DNA from: Blastocladiella emersonii ATCC 22665
Lineage: Eukaryota; Fungi; Blastocladiomycota
Reading direction: 5' to 3'
DNA length: 64,000 nucleotides
Assembly (NCBI GenBank): GCA_025594325.1
Contig: JANHCV010000001.1
Coordinates: forward strand, 3,100,001 to 3,164,000
Shown: piece after piece, positions 1 through 8,514 of the stretch
Layout: the number at the start of each line of letters is the position of its first letter
How positions within the stretch are numbered: position 1 is the stretch's first letter
Notes under the pieces: generated by a model
What the model saw: only the letters and a program-made list of their open reading frames with translations
Databases searched by the model: none
What the model was told of the DNA's origin: nothing
Translations under genes and position numbers: made by a program

Positions 1-1130
1 GGTCCGGGAGGCCGGCGTTGCGGGCGGTGCTGGTCGTCGTGGAAGGCGGGGCGCGGTGATGGGGGGCGGAGGCGAAACATGCGCTGGGGGAGCGTGGGCG
101 GCGGACGGACGCGCGGCACGGCACGGTGGCCACGCCCGCTCGTGGGATGCGGCGGCGGGGCGGCGTGGCGGCTGACTGCGGGTGGCCTGCCGACGGCGGC
201 CGCCGCCGCGAGCGTGCGCGACTTGGCACCTGCCGCCCACCCGGCCGCTCGGCCACCTCCAAACCACGCTTGCCTGCCCCGGCTGGGACCACGGCCACCG
301 AGGGCCGCCGTGGACACGCGCCTCGGTTCAACCGTGCGGATCCACTCGACCCGCGTCCCAGCCGCCGCAGTCGCAGCCGACTCCCCGTCGCCGCGCACGC
401 GGGCGCACGGGCCACCCCCGGCCACGTATACTACGCTCGACACCACGATGGCCAGCACCATGGCCAGGAGCTCGTTCAATCGCGGCCGCGACCTTGCCCG
501 ACCGCCCCGATCCGCGGTTTGCCGACGGCGCTGGCAAGAAGTCGTCGGCTTAGATCGCGACCATCCAACACCGCGCACATCCTGGAAGCTTGAGCTGCGT
601 AAGATCGTGTTGGTCTGTCCCGATCACCGCCGAACGTCGCAGCGAAGCGAAGCCTTGAGTCGAGAAGAGCGGGCATGCGCACAACTTGGAAAGCGCAAAC
701 AGCTCTCCCACTTCAATCACACGTCAACCAGCGCGCGAGGCCGGTGTAACCCACGGCGCAAGCTCAGCAGCCATCACTGGCGGCATCATCGTCGCTCGCG
801 CGAGGTGTGATACTGCTGATCGACGGGGACAACCTGGTTGAGCGCAGGCGACGTGGGTTCGGGTGTCGGACGGGAGGGCGAAGGCGCAGTCTAGCCTCGA
901 AAGGGCACGAGGGACCTCCTCTCCGCCACGACGTCCCTCGAGACGACCGTGGCTCAGCGCGGCGGCAGTGGCGGGGCATCGACGCGTCTCACGAGCTTCG
1001 GGCGCCAGCGCCACTCAGCTGATCGCCGCCGACGCGCCGGTCGCTTCGCCTCTGGTCCCGACATTGCGACGTGCCCTCAAACGATACGACCACAACTCTA
1101 TGCAATCAACCTTTCGTCACGCAGGGCACC

Positions 1131-1715
1131 ATGGCATCTAGTATTGGCTCCTTGCTACTCTCGCTCACCGGCGGGCTCCTGCTCATCGCGCTCGTCATCG
1201 CTTCCGGTCCGTGCTGACTGGTTGGCTCACGGAAGAAGCACTCGGACCTCATCACTTCCTGCCCGAGTGTAGCGTGGTTTGTCATGTGGAAGCTCATCCT
1301 CAGTCAAATCCCACTCGTGCGAGAGATGGCCGGCCTGCCACCGCTTCCTGTGTCGGCTCGACCACCGCGGAGCAAGCGCGAGCGCTCGGCCGCGCAAGAC
1401 TCTCCGCCCACGCTCCAGTTGTCGCGCTCAACGAGCCGAACCGCTCTCAACCTGCGCGACGTCGCTCCCGCCGCCCCGAGCGGGCAGCCCACTGACATGG
1501 CCGCCTCTATCATGCCCGGGACCCTCAAGCAGTCGGAGAGCATGGACGCCCTCGTCAACAACGCGGGCACAAACGGTCTCGTCATCGAGGACGACCACTT
1601 CGGCGACGGTTCGTCACCCTCGTCGTCGCGCGGCAGCTCGGGCACCCCGGCCGCCGCCGCCAAGCCGCTCAAGTCCATTCTCAAGCAGCGCGGGCCGCGG
1701 CAGCAGGACTCGTGA
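1131..1715 (+). CDS. Small integral membrane protein, SMIM13/DUF4750-like (2 exons; intron 1207-1272)
   Basis: ATG 1131; intron GTCCGT..GCTGAC..GTGTAG. The spliced N-terminus MASSIGSLLLSLTGGLLLIALVIASAWFVMWKLILSQIPLVREMAG resembles the SMIM13 TM segment plus 'W..FLSKFKFLRELVG'. It joins in frame to ORF 1284-1715. Confidence 0.65.
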
Positions 1716-1744
1716 GTGAGTGAGCATGGATTCAATCGAATTGA

Positions 1745-1920
1745 GCACCTGTATGAATGGAGTACACAAAACGCGCAGGCCATCTACATAAGATCTGTCG
1801 ACCACAGACCTGCGACCACATTGGCCGTAACCAATGCGATCGACACCACGAGGGGTCCCGTAGGACCAAAGGCGCAATGAAGCACCCGAGACGCAGGGGC
1901 CCGTCTCACCTCGGGGGGCA
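1745..1920 (-). ncRNA. Candidate Fanzor omegaRNA (scaffold plus guide) downstream of the Fanzor ORF
   Basis: Minus-strand hairpins: GAGACG/CGUCUC (~1888-1907), GGUCC-UACG-GGACC (1854-1867), a 12-bp stem GAUCGCAUUGGU-UACG-GCCAAUGUGGUC (1814-1841), and GCAGGUC/GGCCUGC closing further small stems (~1775-1813). G-U pairs work only on the minus strand, which is the Fanzor sense strand. Boundaries are approximate. Confidence 0.6.
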
Positions 1921-1954
1921 GTGGATTCGTTAGGGGAGCCGTTTGGGAGAGCGG

Positions 1955-2000
1955 GATGAGGAGAGGGAGGGAGGGAGGGAGGGAGGGAGGGGAAGAAGAC
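1955..2000. repeat. (GGGA)n / (TCCC)n low-complexity tract between the Fanzor stop codon and the structured region
   Basis: gaggagagggagggaggggagggagggagggaggggaagaag on the + strand; it fits a G4-type motif. Confidence 0.85.
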
Positions 2001-2010
2001 ACGGATGACC

Positions 2011-3885
2011 TTAGACGACCTGGGCTTGAGCTTGAGCTTGAGCGATTCGAAGGCGATGCGCGTGGATCAGCAGCAGGTTGAAGGCGGCGTTCTTGTCGCG
2101 GCCGAACGTCGCGCGACACCGCGGGCAGTGCTTGGTGCCCCACGGCGTGCGCGGGCCCGTCTCGAGGTCGCACTCGCCGTCGGCGCGCTGCTGCGGCGTG
2201 GAGAGCGCGGAGCAGACGGCGCACCGCTTCGACGTGTAGTTTTCGTCGACGCGGGCGATCTTGGTGCCACGGCGCACGAGCTGGTCGACGAGCTTGGCAA
2301 CAGGACCACGACGATGAACACGAACGCCGCCGTAGTGGAACTGGTGGCCGATCAGGACGTAGGCGCCCTTGAACGCGTGCGTGAGCTTGTCGAACATCTT
2401 CTGCGCGAGCCCGAACGTGAAGAACCCGAGCCGGCCGACGCGCGTGCGCCGCACCTCGGTCAGCGTCGCGGCCTCGGCGGCCGCGTTGGCGTCGATCTTG
2501 GCGTGCAGGTAGGTGGCGGGGTCGGCGGCCGGGTGCGACGCCGCCGAGCGGTCCTCGTCGTGGTCGTCGAGGCCGTACTCGGCGCGCCACATGCGCGAGC
2601 GACTCGACTTGAGGCGGGCGCCCGTCTTGTGGTTGAACTCGTACACCGTGATCTGGTCGAAGCGGTGGTTGATGCCCTCGTTGGTCATGGCGATATCGAG
2701 CAGGATCAGGCGCACCGCGTCAAGCTCGGCGGCGCGAGCGTCGTCGTCGAGCGTGCCGTCGGCGTGGATCATGGCGATGCGCTCGAGGACGGCGACAATG
2801 TAGAAGAACAGGACGAGCGCGACCGTGAACGCCGTGATGGGCGAGTTGGCGCCGGGGTCCACGAAGGTGATGCGGTCGATGCCCTCGGCCACGTCGATGT
2901 CGCCAGCGTGGATGTCGGTACCGGCGCCGCGGCGACGAGCAACGCGATGATCAGGAGGGTGGGAGATGACGAGAGGTGGGTCATTATGGGCGACAACAGG
3001 AGGTTCGGGAGGAGATTCGAGTGCGAGAGCGAGGTGCTCGGCGGACGAGAGTGCATGAGTAGAAGGCGTAGACCGGGCGCGCTCGCACGGGTAGATGCCG
3101 TCGCGGTAAATGGGGACGCGGGCCGAGTACCCGTCCGTCTTGATGGACCCAATGAACTGGTTGACGGGCTGCGCGCCGGGTTGAAGGCGCCAGCACAGCA
3201 AGTGCTTGACGTACATGGACGACCAGTGCAACAGGTAGTCCCAGTAGGCCTTGGCGGTGCGGCCGTCCTGGAGCTCGTACGCGGCGACGCGGACACGAGC
3301 GGCGGCGACTGCGACAGGATCATCGTCTGCGGCGATGATGTCGTAGTCAGCGACAGGATGATCGGGCCAATCCATCCCCCGCGTCGGCGATGTCGGATCC
3401 CGGCTCTCGTAGGCCGGCATGCCGGCCACGGCCATGAGCGTCCACCTCGAGCTTGGGGACCATGCGCGGGCGCGGCGTCGAGGCCGACACGAGCTCGCGG
3501 TCGACAAAGTAGTCGCGGGCACGTTGAAGACGAACGAGGCGGTCGAGCCACGACAGGCCCTGGACGTCGATCTCGGCGTAGGCGCGGACACGGCGCTTGG
3601 CCATGCGGACGCGCGCCTCGCGCTCGGCCTTGGAGACCTGGAGCTCGCGCGGCAGGCGGCGCGGCATCGTCTCAACGGCCACCGCGGCGCGACGATCCGC
3701 CCAGAACGCCGTCGAGTTGGCCGCCTTGCGGGCAGCGGCGCGCGCGCGCGGTGACGGGTGAGGACGAGGGCCGCCACGGCCGGGCGCGTCGAGTACGGGT
3801 TCGGGAACCGGCGCCTGCGCCTGCGCCTGCGCGCGGCGCTCGTGGCCGGCGGTCTTGGCGGCGCGACGACGACGAGCACGGAGCG
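2011..3885 (-). CDS. Fanzor1 (TnpB-family RuvC RNA-guided endonuclease); the N-terminal part lies in a different frame (frameshift or intron near 3440)
   Basis: Motifs: FIGSIKTDGYSARV (Fanzor1 WED-type TDG motif, ~3130-3155); RuvC-I ITFVDPG (D 2857-2859); YVLIG (Gly at the canonical Glu site); rearranged RuvC-II VDENYTSKRC (E 2242-2244); zinc finger CAVC..CPRC; RuvC-III RDKNAAFNL (D 2095-2097); TAA at 2011. The in-frame ATG at 3435 gives 474 aa. Coding-like codon usage continues upstream in the 3347-3985 frame. Confidence 0.88.
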   Translation of the reverse strand, partial: RSVLVVVAPPRPPATSAARRRRRRRRFPNPYSTRPAVAALVLTRHRARAPLPARRPTRRRSGRIVAPRWPLRRCRAACRASSRSPRPSARRASAWPSAVSAPTPRSTSRACRGSTASFVFNVPATTLSTASSCRPRRRARAWSPSSRWTLMAVAGMPAYESRDPTSPTRGMDWPDHPVADYDIIAADDDPVAVAAARVRVAAYELQDGRTAKAYWDYLLHWSSMYVKHLLCWRLQPGAQPVNQFIGSIKTDGYSARVPIYRDGIYPCERARSTPSTHALSSAEHLALALESPPEPPVVAHNDPPLVISHPPDHRVARRRGAGTDIHAGDIDVAEGIDRITFVDPGANSPITAFTVALVLFFYIVAVLERIAMIHADGTLDDDARAAELDAVRLILLDIAMTNEGINHRFDQITVYEFNHKTGARLKSSRSRMWRAEYGLDDHDEDRSAASHPAADPATYLHAKIDANAAAEAATLTEVRRTRVGRLGFFTFGLAQKMFDKLTHAFKGAYVLIGHQFHYGGVRVHRRGPVAKLVDQLVRRGTKIARVDENYTSKRCAVCSALSTPQQRADGECDLETGPRTPWGTKHCPRCRATFGRDKNAAFNLLLIHAHRLRIAQAQAQAQVV

Positions 3886-5030
3886 TAGCTCGGCGTCCAG
3901 TCGAGCCCGTGCTCGTGCGCGATCCCCGCCCACCGCGGGCCCCAAGCGCGGGCCGCGTCGCGCGTGAGCAGGCGGCCGTCGGCAAACAGCGACACCTCGA
4001 CGCGGTGCGGCGGGCGCGTCGACTTGACGTCGGCGACCTCGGTCAAGAACGACGCGATGCGCTGGTGCACGCGCCGCGTGTCAGGGTGCCCGATCGCGAC
4101 GAGCGGGAAGACGTGAGGTTGGTCGACGAAGAGATCGTGCACCACGACCGAGGCGCGGCCGTGGTCGACGAACCGCGCGAGCTTGGCCGCGAACCGCACG
4201 TTGTCGTCCAGCAGCCGCTCGTCGGTGCCCGTCGACAGGTACACGGGCGGCCACGGGACACGCGCGCTGCCGCGGTCGAGGACCGGGCTGACCATGTGGT
4301 GCGTGGCCGCGATGCGCACCGTCTCTGGCCCGTGCTGGTCGCGGCCGACGTAGTAGTCGTACGCGCCCACGCCGTCGGGCCCGTTGCCCAGACTCGACTC
4401 GGACGGAGACACGACCACGTCGTACGGGTTGTCTTACGCGCTCGGGTTCTTGAACGTCAAGTCCGTCCACGGCGAGATGCCGACCACGCCCGCGGGCATC
4501 GGGTGGCCCTGCTCGCGCAGGAAGATGGTCGCCGAGAGCACCAAGTTGCCACCGGCCGAGTCGCCCATGAACACGATGCGGGACGCGGGGATCTGCTCGA
4601 CGTGCAGGAGGTAGAGGTACGCCGACGCGACGTCGTGGACTGCATCGGGGAAGACGTGCTCGGGCGCGAGGCGGTACTCGCTACGCCGTGAAGCGTCAGT
4701 TTCCTGCCGAGTCGTTGAAGGAGAGAGCGAGCGAGCGTACACGTTGAAGAAACGGCGACGACACAGCGCGGCCAGCTGCGCGGCAATCGGCGTGTATGCG
4801 GCCTTGCTGCCAAAGAGAAACGCGCCGCCGTGGACAAAGAGCACGACGCGGTCGCTGTCGATGGTCGGCGGCACGACCCAGTCGGCGCGCATCGTCCACG
4901 ACCGGATGCTCGGCACGTGCGAGTAGGCGCCCGGCTTGGCTGACAGCGGGCGTCAAGCAAGTCGAAGCGCGCACCGAGGCGCCCGTTTGAGACGCGAAGC
5001 GCCCGGCACGTGTGAGGTGGCGCGACGCGT
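3885..5030 (-). pseudogene. Alpha/beta hydrolase (HSL/abhydrolase_3 family), truncated and with a premature stop
   Basis: Motifs VVLFVHGGAF, EYRLAPE, GDSAGGNL, SPWTDL and HVFP. Introns at ~4682-4740 and ~4939-4974. In-frame TAA at 4434-4436 (NPSA*DNPYD). No ATG-bearing 5' exon was found, and similarity ends at ~3885. Confidence 0.8.
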
Positions 5031-5209
5031 GAACGCCGGCTGTTCCACGTTTTTGGCGTCGATGCTTCAGCTTCCCCGCTTCTCGTGAGCAATCCTTGCT
5101 CGTGTCCATCAGGGTTCTTCTCACCGACTCGAGCAGCTGGATAAAACTGTATTCACCGATGCTACACTCCGATCCGAGCGACACGACGCGCTGCGACACC
5201 TTTTCAGCA

Positions 5210-5755
5210 TCACACGCCGTACTTTTCCTTGAGCTCCTTGAGCCCCTGCTCCCGCCGCTCTACGTCGGGCCGCTTGTGCATCTTGTTCGGCTGGTAGTAG
5301 AGCACGATGAGGTACCGGCCCATGAGACTGTATCCGGACAGGTGCTCGCACGCGTTCTTGGCGTCGTAGATGTCCTCGTACACGACAAACGCTGTGCCCT
5401 TGGTGTCGGCCGTGTGGCCACTACACGGTCAACAAGGTAAGCTGATGAGGCGAGCCGCGACGGTAGGTGCTGCGCGTACACTCGGATCTGCCGAATCGCG
5501 CCATATTTACCAAACAGCTCGAACATGTCCTCGGCCGTCGTCTTGAACGGCAGGTTCCTGTTCCAAACGCTCAACCATCAGTCCGCAAGCCGAGTGAGAT
5601 GGTACACCACGCGTACCGGACTTGCAGGATCCGGTTCACCTCGGGCGGGAGGCGGCCCTACACCGTCGCGGATGCCATGGCGCCGTCAGTCGCCGATTCA
5701 TAAACGTGGTGCAATGGCTTTCATGGATGCATCAACTGACCGTTCCGCGTGACAT
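5210..5755 (-). CDS. SF3B6: U2 snRNP splicing factor 3B subunit 6 (p14); 4 exons
   Basis: Spliced product MSRGT|[14 protein letters not shown]|[26 protein letters not shown]|[36 protein letters not shown]. Intron 1 is 5658-5740. An alternative ATG lies at 5773. Confidence 0.93.
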
Positions 5756-5948
5756 TGCAGGTGGTGCCAACATGGTATCTTTGGTGAATCGTCGCTCCGA
5801 GGACAAGAGCGGAGAGGGAGGCCGGCTGCAGCTCTGCGCGCGTGGCTCGCGAACTTCTCTCGTGGCCGACCTCGCTCCTCTCCCTCTCTGCTGCCTTACG
5901 CCCATTCATGAAATGCTGTGCTTTCAGTGATTGCAACGAATCAACACC

Positions 5949-6507
5949 ATGCCAACTGAGACGCCCGAGGAGGCCCGCGTCCGCTGCGAGACGGAGCTCG
6001 AGTTTGTCCAGTGCCTCGCCAACCCCGACTACTTGCACTGTATGACTCGCCCCTGGCACCATCATATGAGCGCCAACTGTGCTGTCTTGATGAAATTATG
6101 GTTGATACGTCAGTGTCCTGCGGGTAGTCCTCGCCAAGTCCGGCTACTTTGCGCGCCCCGAGTTCGTCAACTACCTGCAGTACCTGCAGTACTGGAAGCG
6201 GCCAGAATACGCCAAGCTGATTCTGTATGCTCTTGCGCGCGCTTATCCAACTCTCACACGCCTGCTCTTGGTTCTAACTGAGACGTCGCACGGGGGACGC
6301 TACGCAATTAGGTACCCGCAGTGCCTCTACTTCCTCGATCAACTCCAGGACGCGGGGTTCCGCAACGCTCTGTACCAGAAGGAGGCCATCGACTTTATTC
6401 GGCACCGTCAGCTGAGCCACTGGTACACGTACCGGAACCAGAACCTCATCTGGTCGTTCCAGAATCCACCGGGCGCACCAGGAGCGGGAGAGCCCGCTGG
6501 ACAATAA
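5949..6507 (+). CDS. MED31: Mediator subunit 31 (SOH1); 3 exons
   Basis: ELEFVQCLANPDYLH|FLAKSGYF..FVNYLQYLQYWKRPEYAKLIL|YPQCLYFLDQLQ; introns 6040-6127 and 6225-6311. Confidence 0.95.
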
Positions 6508-6931
6508 GCTTGAAATACTATCGCTGCGTTCTGGATCAACGATTGGAGGCGGTCATGCTCGGGCCTTGGGAGTCTTACCGCGACAGGATCGCGCAACGCT
6601 CGCTTGCTCATATTCGGACGTGTCGCGGTCGTAAATTAGGTTTCCAGGGTACCGACACGCGCGCAGGGCGAAAAGATGGCTTTCTTTCATCGCCATCATC
6701 GAGCCGCGTCAGCCAAGGAACTTTGATGCTTGGCGGCTCGTTAATCACCGCCGCCGCGCGTCCACGGCCCGCGACTCGTCATCACCATGCGCGAAGAATG
6801 AGAGCTTGGTGCCTGGCCATCTATCAGTTGCGTGATCTCTGAAAGCCGCCGAAAGCGATGGAAAGGGATACGTTCAGCGGCAACGGAGACTAAGTCGTGC
6901 ACATCGTGATGCGCCCTCGAGGCGGGCGAGC

Positions 6932-6976
6932 CCGCTGAAGTACGAAGCTAACTCAACCATTGCTGTAGCGCTCGCA
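6932..6976 (+). repeat. Degenerate ~45-bp direct repeat, copy 1 (branch point plus 3' splice site)
   Basis: ccgctgaagtacgaagctaactcaaccattgctgtagcgctcgca; matches 7644-7689. Confidence 0.85.
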
Positions 6977-7508
6977 TGTATTCCCTATAGCTGCGATGGG
7001 ACACCCCGACACGTAGCGCGTGCACCAGAGGCTCGCCTCGTTCGTGCGCGAGATCGCCGACGTGCAGTCCTCGCGGCCGCCGTATCGCGTCGAGGTGTCG
7101 CTGTACTCGAACGGCAAGCTCGTCTCGCGCGACGCCGCCAAGTTCTGGGGCCCGCGCTGGGCGGGCGTCTCGTCGACCGACAACCTCGCGTGGACGCCCA
7201 ACCACGTGCGCGCATCGGCCGGACTCGTCCTGTCTGAGCCGCCGAGCCTCGACGCGTCGTCCGCGGCCATGGTCATGGCCACCGTGGTCAATTCCTCGCC
7301 AGCGATGGCCGAGACTGATCCGTCGTCCGTCGCGTCGGCCAGCGACGCGGTTCCCGTCGCCATGGACGACATGCAGCGCATGACGCGGCTCCAGCGTCGC
7401 TCGGTCGCGGATATCAAGAAGGCCGTTGCGTCGGTCCAGCGTACCTCGTCTTTTTTGGTCGCGCAGCGCCGCGCTTCTCAGTCGGAGACGGCGGCCACCA
7501 TGGCGTAG
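6969..7508 (+). pseudogene. 3' fragment of a paralogous alpha/beta hydrolase, inverted relative to the 3885-5030 copy
   Basis: HVFPIAAMGHPDT*RVHQRLASFVREIADVQSSRPPYRVEVSLYSNGKLVSRDAAKFWGPRWAG aligns with HVFPLVAIGHPDTRRVHQRIASFLTEVADVKSTRPPHRVEVSLFADG of the first copy. In-frame TAG at ~7014-7016; no upstream exons. Confidence 0.85.
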
Positions 7509-7643
7509 AGCTAGAACTGTAGAAATGGGAGCCATATAGAGATGTGTTATTGAGCACCCCGGTACATGAGAATATGTAGAGGAACGCGGGGAGTCGCGGG
7601 GTCTCGGAGGCGATGGTCGGGAGCGCGCGTCAGCCGCTGTGGG

Positions 7644-7689
7644 CCGCTCAAATACTAAAGCTAACTCACCCATCGCTGTAGCGCCCGCA
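7644..7689 (+). repeat. Degenerate ~45-bp direct repeat, copy 2
   Basis: ccgctcaaatactaaagctaactcacccatcgctgtagcgcccgca. Confidence 0.85.
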
Positions 7690-8514
7690 AATAAATCCGT
7701 AAAATTGTTTTGACTGCTCTAAAATAGTTTATTATGCATATCAAGTATATCTGAACAAGATGAGCACCATCGACGGTATGTGTCAATTCAAGAAGCTAAG
7801 TCTTAAGTGCGTTTTTCGTCCGAGCGACCAAACCGAAAGTTTTTTTCAACTTTGCACGGTCGGACAACTTCTCGACACCCCGATACTTCGACTCGGAGAT
7901 TTTTGCAGTTCTGGGGTCCCTGAAGGTCCCTGATCACGATCCCATGCTCATAAAAAATATTCTGATGCATGTTGAATTTACACGTCTAAGGCCCGTCACG
8001 TGATATGAGCTTCGAGGGCGAGCGAGCGTGCGGCGCGGCGACAGACGCGTCCCGCTCACTTGCGGAAGCTCATCCGCACGATGCGGGTACCTGGCACGGG
8101 CCGCAATAGGCAGAGTCATGTCGATTGGCCTTCTCTTGCGGCCGCGGAGCCCCGGCCCGCACGAGGGCCTCCTAGACTGATTCGATACGCACCCTCGCAC
8201 GACGTGTCGCAGCTAAGAGGTCGACGGTGGACGTGTTGCTCAAGGACTTGCAGTTCCTCGGCAACGCAACAGCTGTTGATCGGGGAGTGATGGGGCAAGG
8301 CTCGATCAAGCTGCGGGATGATGTCACCGCCGGCGCGTCGGTCACGCTCGCCGGATCTGAATTTCGAGTTCCGAGCAGCCCCGATGCCACGCGAGGCGGA
8401 TCAGCTCGCCACCCCCACCGCCGCCGCGGCCCGCGCGCTCCCTCTCCCCTCTCCCCGAGATCGCAACGGCCCGGCTTGTCTTGATTCCGTGCACGAATCG
8501 CCCACTACTTTGCC

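Noticed and set aside
3440-3945. N-terminal ~170 aa of the 644-aa ORF 2011-3945 as real Fanzor sequence
   Set aside because: It is Arg/Ala/Pro-rich shadow translation with non-coding codon pattern; the coding signal in this interval is in the 3347-3985 and 3672-4418 frames
1720-5200. TIR, TSD or Helitron-type CTRR end delimiting the Fanzor element
   Set aside because: Only weak matches were found (e.g. ctgtat..tacac at ~1750 and ~5146); none is convincing, so the boundaries remain undefined
5658-5678. Apparent ATG 5678 followed by an in-frame TAG at codon 7 of SF3B6, suggesting a pseudogene or readthrough
   Set aside because: The TAG is the acceptor of an intron (donor GTCAGT at 5740, branch ACTGAC); exon 1 MSRGT joins in phase 0
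8220-8390. Exon-like stretch (VDVLLKDLQFLGNATAVDRGVMGQGSIKLRDD..)
   Set aside because: No recognisable family, start or splice context
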